Source: Mobula hypostoma
Taxonomy: Eukaryota
NCBI RefSeq assembly: GCF_963921235.1
Contig: NC_086099.1
Location: forward strand, 124,310,001 to 124,374,000
Length of the DNA stretch: 64,000 nucleotides
Direction of reading: 5' to 3'
Every line of letters begins with the position of its first letter. The stretch's first letter is position 1. A model generated the notes under the pieces. It was not told the origin of the DNA. It worked only from the letters and a program-made list of their open reading frames with translations, and did no database searches. Below, in pieces: positions 11,880 through 24,654 of this stretch. The translations under genes and the position numbers were made by a program.

Positions 11880-13990
11880 GTAAGCTGAGAACATAGGAAA
11901 TATGGTGGGACGGTTGAGGAACAATGGGAGACTTTCACGGTGCTCAACCAAAGTATATTGCAGTTAAAAGCAAGGACAGTAAGGGTGGGGAGAGCCAGCC
12001 TTGGATAACTAAGGAAATAAAGGAAGGTATCAAACTAAAAGCTCGTGCATACATGATCGCCAAGAGTAGTGGGAAACTGGAAGACTGGGAAAACTTTAAA
12101 AAACAACAAAGAACCACAAATTGGGCAATAAAGAAAGGAAAGACAGATTAAGAAAATAACCTAGCACAAACTATAAAAATGGATAGTAAAAGTCTTTATA
12201 ATTATATAAAGTGGAAAAGGATGTCAAAGTGAATATAGGTCCCTTGGAGGACGAGAAGGAGGAATTGATATTGGGTAATGAGGAAATGGCTAAGGCTTTG
12301 GATGACTATTCTGTGTCGGTCTCCATAGTGGAAGGACATGATTAATATGCCAAAAAGAGATGATATGGATGCAATGGGAGGTGAGGGCCTCAATACCATA
12401 ACTATCACTGAAGAGGTAGTGCTGAGCAAACTAGTGGGCCTAAAGATAGACAAGTCCCCTGGTCCTGATGGAATGCATCCCAGGGTACTGAAAGAAATGG
12501 CAGAAGTTATAGTTGAGGCTTTGGTGATAATTTACCAAAATTCTCTGGACTCTGGGCAGGTCCCAGCAGAGAAGGTAGATGTTACACCACTGTTCAAAAA
12601 AAGATGTAGGCAAAAAGCAGGTAACTATATGCTTGGTTGTTTAATATCTGTAGTTGGAAAAATGCTTGAAGCTATCAGTAAAGAAGAAATAGCGAGGTAT
12701 CTGGAAAGAAATAGATCCATCAGGCAGACACAGCATGGACTCAGCAAAGGTAGGTCCTGTTTGACAAACTTACCGGAGTTCTTTGAAGATATAACAAGTG
12801 CAGTGGATAGTGAGGAATTGATGGACGTTACTTACTTGTATTTCCAGAAAGCTTTTGATAAGGTGCAACATAAAAGACATCGATAAGATAAGGATGCATA
12901 GAGTTGGGGATGATGTATTTGCATGGAGAGAGGATTAGTTAACTAATAGAAAGCAGGGAGTTCGGATACATGGGGTTTTTCTCTGGTTGGCAATCAGTAG
13001 TGAGCGGTGTTCCGCAGGGGTCTGTGTGGGGCCCACAACTGTTTACAATATACATTAACGATCTGGAAGAGGAGATCGAGTGTAGTGTTTCTAAGTTTGC
13101 TGATGACACTAAAAATTGAGTGGAAAAGCAGATTGTGCAGAGGATACGGAGAGTCTGCAGAGAGATATAGATAGGTTTAGTGAGTGGGCAAGGGTCTGGC
13201 AGATGAAGTACAATGTTGGTAAATGCAAGGTCATTCACTTTGGAAGGAAAAATGGAAGAGCAGATTATTATAGAATCTGCTGTGCAGAGGGACGTGGGAG
13301 TGCTTATGCATGAATCACAAAAGGTTGGTTTGCAGGTGCAGGCTACCAAGAAGGCAAATGGAATGTTGGCCTTCATTGCGAGAGGGATCGAATTTAAGAG
13401 CAGGGAGGTTATGCTGCAGCTGTACAGGGTACTGGTGAGGCCGCACCTGGAGTACTTTGTGCGGTTCTTGAAGAAGGATATACTGGCTTTGGAAGTGGCG
13501 CAGAGGAGGTTCACCAGGTTGATTCCAGATATAAGGGGACTAGATCATGAGGAGAGATTGAGTTGCCTGGGACTGTACTCACTGGAATTCAGAAGGATGA
13601 GAGAAGATCTTATAGAAACAGATAAAATTATGAAAGGGATAGATAAGATAGAAGCAGGAAAGATGTTTCCACTGGTAGGTAAGACTAGAACTAGGGGACA
13701 TAGAAACCATAGAAAAACTACAGCACAGAAACAGGCCTTTTGGCCCTTCTTGGCTGTGCCGAATAGATTTGGGGGAGTAAATTTAGGACAGAGATGAGGA
13801 GGAGTGGAGGCTACCTCAGTAAATATATTTAAGACAAGATTGGATAGAATTTTGTATAGCAGGTGAATTAAGGGTTATGTGGAAAAGGCAGGTAGGTGGA
13901 GATGAATCCATGGTCAGATCAGCCATGATCCTATTGAATGGTGGAGCAGGCTCGACAGGCCAGATGGCCTACTCCTGCTCCTATTTCTTA
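11880..13990 (+). mobile_element. Older decayed CR1 LINE (RT to 3' UTR) containing a ~63-bp CR1-B 3'-end insertion at about 13699-13761
   Basis: Fragments [36 protein letters not shown]. The nested piece atagaaaccatagaaaaactacagcacagaaacaggcc matches the CR1-B tail at 24655-24715. Confidence 0.9.
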
Positions 13991-14669
13991 TGTTATTATA
14001 ATTGAAAATTGGGGATTTGCAACACTTTGATTCTGTCAAGCACCTTTTATACATCTTATAACAAACAACAATTAACTCAGAGTGGATTATTCATATGCAT
14101 GTTTATTTTACTTGCCACAAGGGAAGGATCACAACACAAGAGCTGGTAGTAGCTTCAAAAACATACAGTGTAGTCTTTCATTTATAGACAAGTGTTATCT
14201 ACCCGTGCCAGGTCAAGGAGAGGGTGCATTCTGTTAATCTAATTAATCAGTGTACTTGGCATTCTTCCGGTAACTGAATACACTTATCTTTCTGCAGTTT
14301 GTCATTTACTCAAGGTCCGTCAGCATGATGTCGCACGAACTCTAATAGCAAAGCACTCTGGTCCAATACAGGTTCCATTTTGTCAAAGACAAAACTGCCA
14401 TCTTGTTACTTCAAGTAAATTATATTTTCATCTAATACACTAATACACCAATACATGCACATTGGCACTCAATGACATGCTCCCTATCCTTGTACATTCC
14501 CCTCATTTCCTTTGGAGTATGCATGACCTGCACCAGCCATGGTCACTCTTGTGACAGCAGGACTTCACCACAGCTGTGACATTACTCGGCAGCTATGCAA
14601 CTATTCCAGATCTGTGCATCTGCTCCAGGCTTGTGAATTTATTCAAAACACAATCCTGGCTTCAGTTCA

Positions 14670-15085
14670 AAGTTCAAATAAATTTATTATTAAAGTACAT
14701 ATGTGTCACGATATAAAACCATGAGATTGATTTTCTTGTGGGTATTCACAGTAAATCCATAATAGAATAATATCGATAATAGAATCAATGAAAGACCGCA
14801 CCAACGTGGGTGTTCGACCAGAGTGCATAGACAACAAACTGTGCAAATACAAAAAAAAGAAGAAATAACAAACAAACAAACAAATAAATAAATAAATATC
14901 GAGACCATGCGATGAAGTGCCTTGAAAGTGAATCCATAGGTTGTGCAAACAGATCAGTGATGGAGCAAGTGAAGTTGAGTGAAGTTATCCCTTTGGTTCA
15001 AGAGCTTGATGGTTGGGGGTGATAACTGTTCCTGAACCTCGTGATGTGAGTCCTAAGGTTCCTGTACCTTCTTCCTGATGGCTGC
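14670..15085 (-). mobile_element. Rex1/Babar 3' UTR fragment
   Basis: Same sequence family as 7660-7873 plus 11149-11450; ends in the ggttcctgtaccttcttcctgatgg (LPSGRRY) segment. Confidence 0.65.
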
Positions 15086-18000
15086 AGGAAACATAAAGTT
15101 GTGGTGGTAGGGGATTTTAATTTTCCATATATTGATTGGGACTCCCATACTGTTAGGGGTCTAGATGGTTTAGAGTTTGTAAAATGTGTTCAGGAAAGTT
15201 TTCTAAATCAATATATAGAGGGACCAACTAGAGGGGATGCAATATTGGATCTCCTGTTAGGAAATGAGCTAGGACAAGTGACGGAAGTCTGTGTAGGGGA
15301 GCACTTTGGTTCCAGTGATCATAACACCATTAGTTTCAACTTGATCATGGACAAGGATAGATCTGGTCCTAGGATTGAGGTTCTGAACTGGAAGAAGGCC
15401 AAATTTGAAGAAATGAGAAAGGATCTAAAAAGCGTGGATTGGGACAGGTTGCTCTCTGGCAAAGATGTGATCGGTAGGTGGGAAGCCTTCAAAGGAGAAA
15501 TTTTGAGAGTGCAGAGTTTGTATGTTCCTGTCAGGATTAAAGGCAAATTGAATAGAAATAAGGAACCTTGGTTCTCAAGGGATATTGCAACTCTGATAAA
15601 GAAAGAGTTGTATAACATGTATAGGAAACAGGGAGTAAATGAAGTGCTTGAGGAGTACAAGAAGTGCAAGAAAATACTTAAGAAAGAAATCAGGAGGGCT
15701 AAAAGAAGACATGAGGTTGCCTTGGCAGTCAAAGTGAAGGATAATCCAAAGAGCTTTTACAGGTATATTAAGAGCAAAAGGATTGTAAGGGATAAAATTG
15801 GTCCTCTTGAAGATCAGAGTGGTCGGCTATGTGCGGAACCAAAGGAAATGGGGGAGATCTTAAATAGGTTTTTTGCGCCTGTATTTACTAAGAAAACTGG
15901 CATGAAGTCTATGGAATTAAGGGAAACAAGTAGTGAGATCATGGAAACTGTACAGATTGAAAAGGAGGAGGTGCTTGCTGTCTTGAGGAAAATTAAAGTG
16001 GATAAATCCCCGGGACCTGACAGGGTGTTCCCTCGGACCTTGAAGGAGATTAGTGTTGAGATTGCAGGGGCCCTGGCAGAAATATTTAAAATGTCGCTGT
16101 CTACAGGTGAGGTGCCGGAGGATTGGAGAGTGGCTCATGTTGTTCAGTTGTTTAAAAAAGGATCGAAAAGTAATCTGGGAAATTATAGGCCGGTAAGTTT
16201 AACGTCGGTAGTAGGTAAGTTATTGGAGGGAGTACTAAGGGACAGAATCTACAAGCATTTGGATAGACAGGGACTTACTGGGAGAGTCAACATGGCTTTG
16301 TGCCTGGTAGGTCATGTTTGACCAATCTATTGGAGTTTTTCGAGGAGATTACCAGGAAAGTGGATGAAGGGAAGGCAGTGGATATTGTCTACATAGACTT
16401 AAGTAAGGCATTTGACAAGGTCCCGCATGGGAGGTTAGTTAGGAAAATTCAGTCGCTAGGTATACATGGAGAGGTGGTAAATTGGATTAGACATTGGCTC
16501 AATGGAAGAAGCCAAAGAGTGGTAGTAGAGAATTGCTTCTCCGAGTGGAGGCCTGTGACTGGTGGTGTGTCACATGGATCAGTGCTGGGTCCATTGTTAT
16601 TTGTCATCTATATCAATGATCTGGATGATAATGTGGTAAATTGGATCAGCAAATTTGCTGATGATACAAAGATTGGAGGTGTAGTAGACAGTGAGGAAGG
16701 TTTTCAGAGCCTGCAGAGGGACTTGGACCAGCTGGAAAAATGGGCTGAAAAATGGCAGATGGGGTTTAATACAGACAAGTGTGAGATATTGCACGTTGCA
16801 AGGACAAACCAAGGCAGAACATACAGGGTTAATGGTAAGGCATTGAGGAGTGCAGTAGAACAGAGGGATCTGGGAATACAGATACAAAATTCCCTAAAAG
16901 TGGCGCCACAGGTAGATAGGGTTGTAAAGAGAGCTTTTGGTACATTGGCCTTTATTAATCAAAGTATTGAGTATAAGAGCTGGAATGTTATGATGAGGTT
17001 GTGTAAGGCATTGGTGAGGCCGAATCTGGAGTATTGTGTTCAGTTTTGGTCACCAAATTACAGGAAGGATATAAATAAAGTTGAAAGAGTGCAGAGAAGG
17101 TTTACAAGGATGTTGCCGGGACTTGAGAAACTGAGTTACAGAGAAAGGTTGAATAGGTTAGGACTTTATTCCCTGGAGCGTAGAAGAATGAGGGGAGATT
17201 TGATAGAGGTATATAAAATTATGATGGGTATAGACAGAGTGAATGCAAGCAGGCTTTTTCCACTGAGGCAAGGAGAGAAAAAAAACAGAGGACATGGGTT
17301 TAGGGTGAGGGGGGAAAAGTTTAAAGGGAACATTGGGGGGGCTTCTTCACACAGAGAGTGGTGGGAGTATGGAATGAGCTGCCAGACGAGGTGGTAAATG
17401 CGGGTTCTTTTTTAACATTTGAGAATAAATTGGACAGATACATGGATGGGAGGTGTATAGAAACATAGAAACATAGAAAATAGGTGTAGGAGTAGGCCAT
17501 TCGGCCCTTCGAGCCTGTATCGCCATTTATTATGATCATGGCTGATCATCCAACTCAGAACCCCGCCCCAGCCTTCCCTCCATACCCCCTGACCCCCGTA
17601 GCCACAAGGGCCATATCTAACTCCCTCTTAAATATAGCCAATGAACTGGCCTCAACTGTTTCCTGTGGCAGAGAATTCCACAGATTCATCACTCTCTGTG
17701 TGAAGAAGTTTTTCCTAATCTCGGTCCTAAAAGGCTTCCCCTCTATCCTCAAACTGTGGCCCCTCGTTCTGGACTTCCCCAACATCGGGAACAACCTTCC
17801 TGCATCTAGCCTGTCCAATCCCTTTAGGATCTTATACGTTTCAATCAGATCCCCCCTCAATCTTCTAAATTCCAACGAGTACAAGCCCAGTTCATCCAGT
17901 CTTTCTTCATATGAAAGTCCTGCCATCCCAGGAATCAATCTGGTGAACCTTCTTTGTACTCCCTCTATGGCAAGGATGTCTTTCCTCATATTAGGGGACC

Positions 18001-18830
18001 AAAACTACACACAATACTCCAGGTGTGGTCTCACCAAGGCCTTGTACAACTGCAGTAGTACCTCCCTGCTCCTATACTCGAATCCTCTCGCTATAAATGC
18101 CAGCATACCATTCGCCTTTTTCACCACCTGCTGTACCTGCATGCCCACTTTCAATGACTGGTGTATAATGACACCCAGGTCTCGTTGCACCTCCCCTTTT
18201 CCTAATCGGCCACCATTCAGATAATAATCTGTTTTCCTATTTTTGCCACCAAAGTGGATAATTTCACATTTATCCACATTAAATTGCATCTGCCATGAAT
18301 TTGCCCACTCACCAAACCTATCCAAGTCACCCTGCATCCTCTTAGCATCCTCCTCACAGCTAACACTGCCACCCAGCTTCGTGTCATCCGCAAACTTGGA
18401 GATGCTGCATTTAATTCCCTCATCCAAGTCATTAATATATATTGTAAACAACTGGGGTCCCAGCACTGAGCCTTGCGGTACCCCACTAGTCACCGCCTGC
18501 CATTCTGAAAAGGTCCCGTTTTTTCCCACTCTTTGCTTCCTGTCTGCTAACCAATTCTCCACCCACACCAATACCTTACCCCCAATACCGTGTGCCTTAA
18601 GTTTGCACACTAATCTCCTGTGTGGGACCTTGTCAAAAGCCTTTTGAAAATCCAAATATACCACATCCACTGGTTCTCCCCTATCCACTCTACTAATTAC
18701 ATACTAGTATGGAGGGATATGGGCCGTGTGCAGGTCAGTGGGACTAGGCAGTAAATGGTTCAGCACAGCCAAGAAGGGCCAAAAGGCCTGTTTCTGTGCT
18801 GTAGTTTTTCTATGGTTTCTATGGTTTTCT
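15086..18830 (+). mobile_element. CR1 LINE subfamily B, 5'-truncated, one frameshift near 16280; 3' end split by a CR1-A insertion
   Basis: ORFs 15101-16321 and 16300-17397 are collinear with 24669-27128. 3' UTR resumes at 18707 and ends in (TTTCTATGG)n; GTAT duplicated at 17455-17458 and 18707-18710. Confidence 0.95.
17459..18706 (-). mobile_element. CR1 subfamily A 3' fragment (1.25 kb) nested in CR1-B
   Basis: ORFs 18005-18688 and 17555-17989 nearly identical to the C-terminal part of the 29369-32401 ORF. Confidence 0.95.
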
Positions 18831-19399
18831 AAGAGAGTATGTCCTGGGTGATGGGGGTCCCTGATGATGGAAGGCCCTTCGAAACAGTTTGCTATCTTGC
18901 GTGTTCCTTAGACCTTCTCCCCACTACCCACAATGTACCCTACCCGTCCCTATTTTCCCCACCATGAACCTAATAACGTGGCCAAACATGACACAATTCT
19001 TCCTCGCCATCGATCTGCCACTAGCATCCCTTCCACTTAGCAACCTTGGGCTGAACCTTTCCCGCTGACAGACACTTGCCCCCTATCTTTCAAGTGCTTC
19101 ATCCTTCCCTCAACCCACGCATCCTCTCTTCCTTGACTGCCGGGGCCCCGAGCTGACCTCAGAATTCCTTGGTCCAGTACAGTGTGTGTAAGGGGAGATC
19201 CTTTATCATGCAGGATTCATTCAGAGTGTGCAAGTTCTTTGATTACCTGAGGTCTGGAGGTGGAGGTGGGAGGGAGGGTAGCCGTTGAACAAAATAACTA
19301 CTGAGCCACGAGAGCCCAGCTGGTGTGACTTTTCAGTGCTGATCAAAATCTCGGGTGGGAGCAATTCGGCCGGATGAATTCCTCGCTTGGAACCTGCAT

Positions 19400-21270
19400 T
19401 GTGTGAGGGCGAACAATTGCATGGACAAATGTTCAGCAAGGCCTTTGTCAAAGACCCAGCTGGGAGGCTGGTCCACAAGGTTCAGTCACATGGCACTTAG
19501 GATGTTGTAGTAATTTATACTCAGCATTGGCTTAGCAGGAGAAGCTTGAGCATGATAGTAGGTAGTTGCCTCTCTGACCAGAGGCCTGTGACTAATGATG
19601 TGCTGCAGGGACTGGTGCTAGGTCCATTGTTCAGTTAGTCATCTATATCAATGATCTGGATGATAAAGTGGTAAACTGGATCAGCAAGTTTGCGTTTGAC
19701 ACCAAGATTGGGGGTGTAGTGGACAGCGAGGAAGGCTGCCATGGCTTGCAGCGGGATCTAGATCAACTGGAAAAATGGCAGATGGAATTTAATGCAGACA
19801 AGTGTGAGGTTTCTCAATTTGGGAGGACAAACCAAAGAAGGACTTATACAGTGAATAATAGAGCACTAAAGACTGTGGTAGAGTAAAGGAATCTGGAAAC
19901 TCAGATCTGTAATTCCTCAGAAGTGACATCACAGGTAGACAGGGCCATAAAAAGAGCTTTGGGTACATTTCTCTTCATAGATCAGAGCACTGAGTACAGA
20001 AGTTGGGATGTTGCGTTGAAGCTGTATAAGACATCAATGAGGCAAAATCTGGAGTATTGTGTGCAGTTTATGGTCACCTACCAATGAGATTGACAGAATA
20101 CAGAAAAATTTACAAGAATGCTACCAGAACTGATAACCAGAGTTATAGGGAAAAGTTGAATAGGTTAAGAGTTTGTTCCTGGAATGTAGGAGAATGAGAG
20201 GAGATTTGATAGAGATATACAAAGTTACCTTTGGAACGTACAAGGTTGAGGGGGTGCTTGATAGAGGTATGTGGGCATGTGGCCAAATGGTTAAGGCATT
20301 GGATTAGCTACCTGAAGGTTGTGAGTTCGAGCCCCAGCCGAGGGAAACTGTTGTGTCCTTAGGCAAGGCACTTAATCACACATTGCTCTGCAACAACACT
20401 GGTGCCAAGCTGTATGGGTCCTAATGCCTTTCCCTTGGACAACATTGGTGTCGTGGAGAGGGGAGAATTGCAGCATGGGCAACTGCTGGTCTTCCATACA
20501 ACCTTGCCCAGAGTGGCGACTTTCCAGGCGCAGATCCATGGTCTCGCAAGACTAACGGATGATAGAGGTATTTAAAATTATGATGGGGATAGATAGAGTT
20601 GATGTGGATAGGCTTTTTCCATTGAGAGTGGGGGAGATTCAAACAAGAGGACACGAGTTGAGAGTTAAAGGGCAAAAGTTTAAGGGTAACATGAGGGGGA
20701 GCGTCTTTACTGAGAGAGTGGTAGCTGTATGGAATGAGCTTCCAGCAGAAGTGGTTGAAGCAGGTTCAATGTTGTTGTTTAAAGTTAAAATTGGACAGGT
20801 ATATGGACAAGAAAGGAATGGAGGGTTATGGGCTGAGTGCAGGTCGGTGGGACTAGGTGAGAGTAAGAGTTCAGCATGGACTAGAAGGGCTGAGATGGCC
20901 TGTTTCCATGCTGTAATTGTTATATGGTTACGAGGGGTCTGGGTAGGGTAAATGCAAGCGGGCTTTATCCACTGACCAGAACTATAGGTCATAGATTAAG
21001 GGTCAAAGGTGAAATATTTAAGTGGAACTTGAGAGGGGAGCATCTTTACTCAAAGGGTGGTGTGAGTGAGGAATAAGCTGGCAGGAGAAGTCGTGGATGG
21101 GTCTGATTGGAACATTTCAGAGAAGCTTGGATCAGTACATTGATGGGAGGAGTATGAAGGACTGTGGCCATATGCAAGTTGATAGGACTAGACAGAGTAA
21201 TGGTTCAGCACAGACTAGATGGGCCAAAGGGTCTGTTTTTATCCTGGAGTGCTCCATGATTCTATGACTG
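19400..21270 (+). mobile_element. Decayed CR1 fragments (RT to 3' end; at least two pieces)
   Basis: NWISKFAFDTKIGGVVDSEEG and EVFKIMMGIDRVDVDRLFPL, plus CR1 3' UTR motifs. Confidence 0.8.
20271..20559 (+). mobile_element. tRNA-derived SINE with CORE-like central segment
   Basis: A-box TGGCCAAATGGT, B-box GTTCGAGCC, TGTGTCCTTAGGCAAGGCACTTAA (CORE-like); 12-bp TSD TGATAGAGGTAT at 20259-20270 and 20560-20571. Confidence 0.8.
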
Positions 21271-22819
21271 ACAGACCAGGCAGGTTGTCTCTTTAAAATG
21301 GCCTTTCTTTCCTCTGTGAGTGGCTGGCAATATTACTCCCAGTTTACTGCCACCTCCTCCTGCTGAGATAAAGAGAGTTAAAAATACACTTGAAATTCCA
21401 TTTCAATGAGCCACTGCAGTGAGCAGAGAAGAACTGGCCACAGACATCACTGGAAAATAATGTGGGGGTAGATCTGCAAAAGCGCATCACCCTTGAACTG
21501 TCAGTGACACCGGAATTGTTGGGCATATCTCACAATTCTCTGATCAGAGCTGGGATAGTGGGATAAAGCCTTTAATCTCAGAGCTGCTGTTTCTGCCACC
21601 GTACACAATATATACTCTGAACGCATACAAGGGGAGATATTGATACATTTAAAAATGTCATTTACATAGAATTATTTATTTGTATATCGCAAAATATGCC
21701 AGTTATAAATTACATTAAAGTGCTCTCCTTCTTCTTGGGCCATTAGCTCCCAGTGGATCAGCGGCTATTGATGAGCTCTGATCTCCATCGCCCTCTGAAG
21801 TCGATGGTATGGTTGGAGATCATCAATGTTTCTGCAATCCATTATATCCACTGTACAGGGCTCTGGCCTGTACAGCTTCACCAGAGCCCTGTTGGCCGTC
21901 CTTACCTGTTTCCACCTCTCGTGATGGGGGTTGAACTTTGAGAGGCGTATGCACTGTTATGTAAGGAGACACTGTTGTCATCAAGCATATTTTTTGTAGT
22001 CCCATCTCATAAGCAACACTTGGACAGGCCATAAATCAGCTTGTGTGGTGATGTTGGCTGTTGCATCAACATATTCCAGAACTTGGGTTTTACCTGGAAA
22101 ATTTACTTTTGCTGATTCAGGGCTATTTTCTCTTCAGAAGATTCACTGTAGAGAAACGACTAGAGAAATTAAGAGGGACTTCTGCCGTGGACTCAGTGGC
22201 TGAAGAGCTGTTTCTGCATAATATTGCCTTCTCCGTAACTTAAAAAAGAAAAGTCCCCGGCTTGATTGGACAATGTCTCAGTGACTGCAGAAGTAACAGA
22301 TGCATCAATAAGTGATCTTTGGAAAGTCCTCAGGTTCTGGACCAATTCCAGCAGATTGAAACATGTCAAATATACCTGCTAGTTAAAGGGAGAATGGAAA
22401 TAAATATTGAAATGTGAACCAGTTAGCCTGACACCCGTTCTCGGCAAGATGTTTTAACTCATCTTTACAATCAGGTTCAAAAATCATTTATAAACTCTAA
22501 GTGTGACTAGGCAGAATCAGCAAGGTTTTGAGAGGGGTAAATCAGGTTTGAAGAACCTATTAAGAAATTTTAACAAGTTATCTGGTACGGTAGAGAAGGC
22601 AAATCATTCCTAAAATGGGCTTTTAGAAAGACATTTGACAAGCTTATTCCATCAAAGGGGCACTGAGGTTTTGATTGAGATAAGGGTTTAGTTAAAAGAT
22701 AGAAAATAGAATGGGTCCTCTACTTGTTGGTAAGCACTCACTATGTAAAATTGTTTATGGTTGAGGCAAAAGTCCTATTGTTTTCTTGGCAATAACATCT
22801 GCTCTTTTTTAAATTCCAG

Positions 22820-23354
22820 ACAGCAAATACCTTCTATTTTCTTCAAGTTCCAGTTCAAAAACGTAGAATACAGCTCGGGAAGGAATAAGACATTTTTGTG
22901 CTATTCAGTGGAACAGCAAGGTGCAGATTGCCAGAAGATGCAAGGATACGTGGAGGACGAGCACACAAGTACGCATGCAGAAGAGGCCTTCTTTGCAGAG
23001 GTCTTCAAGGAATGCAATGGCAGTTTGAAGTACTCCATCACTTGGCACGTCTCCTCCAGCCCTTGTGCAGCCTGCGCTTCCAAAATTGCAGAATTCCTGA
23101 AGAAGAGTCCCAACGTCCGCCTCACCATCTTCATGGCTCGCTTGTTCATGTGGGAAGAGCCTGAGATCCAACAAGGTCTTCAGCTGCTGAAAGCTGCTGG
23201 TTGCCGATTGAAGATCATGAAGGCTCCCGAGTATAACTACTGCTGGAGCACTTACGTTGAAAATGAAGGGGAATCTTTTGTACCCTGGGAAGACCTACAG
23301 CCCAGCAGCTTGGCATATGAAGGGATTCTAAATGAAATTCTACAACGTGCCTAG
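22820..23354 (+). CDS. APOBEC2: APOBEC2 coding exon 2 (deaminase domain to stop)
   Basis: Acceptor ttttttaaattccag|A at 22819/22820. Reads FFKFQFKNVEYSSGRNKTFLCY...HAEEAFF...WHVSSSPCAAC...RLFMWEEPEIQ...PWEDLQ. Spliced CDS is 648 nt, 215 aa. A donor AGG|GTGAGG follows at 23358/23359. Confidence 0.97.
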
Positions 23355-24654
23355 AAGGGTGAGGCATTCTGACGTGTCCCCAAATTTGGTGGTTCCCACT
23401 GCCTGATGTTTTTATTGCCTCATTGTATGTTTGCTGTGAGCACTTATTAGTTTTTATTGATTTACACATGGGAAGGAAAGGTAAGAGTGACAGTGTCAAT
23501 ATTGAAAGTTTGGTTAACTCTTTATTGATTTATGCCAATAAAATTAGGGGTTCGAGGGAATGAGTCTTGGGATAACAATTCTGTCTCTGAGTCAGATAGG
23601 GAAGGATTTGGAAGTTTCTATGAGTGAAGACCAGAGCTCTAAATATAATTCATATTAATTGGGTGTTGGTGATCATCCCATCTGTGTCTACAGCTTGTTG
23701 GGAGTCCATGGCATTCTCCAAAATGAAAGGCAGCAACCTGGTGCAAAGGTAGTCATAGTTGTGGGGGTGGTGTTTGCTTTGTAATCTGTCAGACTATAAG
23801 TAAATCTGCAAGACCTTTCAAGAACTAATGCAATGTTACAAAAAAAAAGGGAACAGAGATATTCTTTTGGTTCATGACAATGATCAATAAATGTTTCACC
23901 AAACAGCCAACGTTAAATGGCTAGTTAGAAGCAGTTATGATGGGAAACATCTTGCAGTGTTTTGGAATAGTGCAGTGATGTGCATGTCATGTTTCATATC
24001 CCAAACTCCCGATCATGGTTTGTGTCAACAGACAGGCAGACCAGGACACCTCTCAGAATTGTACCACGAGGGTAACAGACACATAAGCAAATGATAACTA
24101 CAGGAATTAACAATGGATGATTGGAGAGCTTACAAGCATAATTTCCCTAGTATACAATGTGAAATTGCATTAAGACTGACAGATGAGGGGTAATTGGAAT
24201 AGGGTGAAACAAATTAATCACTATTTTAAGATTATACTGGTTATTTATTTTCATAAGCTATAATTTTGTCATTGTTCATAGATAGAAAATTTAGACTTGT
24301 AATAAAAATAGAAAACACTGGAAATACTCAGATCAAGTGCTATGTATCAAGGGAAAGTGTTCACATCAAAGAGCATACCCTTATAGTCAATTACTGTTGA
24401 TAAATCTTTTAATAAAGTATTGACTTGAGATGCAATACTGATGTCTATAGCACTGCCACTGGTGGGATGCTCCACACTATGCCATGGCATAGTTGTAATG
24501 TGTATGTCAAAATTTAAAATGGAGAAAAGGAATGTTAAAAGTGTGACGAAAACAGCAAGTGTTACAACAGGAAGTTAGATGCTTTGGAAAGCAATGTGGA
24601 TAAACTTTAGATTTTTAGTGCATTTTATGGAGATTAGGAAAGACAGTCATACCA

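Noticed and set aside
18861-18890. CTGATGA...GAAAC hammerhead-like string
   Set aside because: No stem I pairing, two extra bases before stem II, and the left half fits a Rex1/Babar remnant; likely coincidental.
21856-21891. 11-bp perfect inverted repeat CAGGGCTCTGG/CCAGAGCCCTG
   Set aside because: Lies in what looks like a decayed retroposon fragment; too short for a pre-miRNA call and no other support.
22761-22819. ORF-track N-terminus MRQKSYCFLGNNICSFLNSR on the APOBEC ORF, suggesting a single-exon (retrocopy-like) gene
   Set aside because: It begins at TTG, contains the polypyrimidine tract and AG, and a phase-matched upstream exon with the APOBEC2 N-terminal motif exists at 3373-3485.
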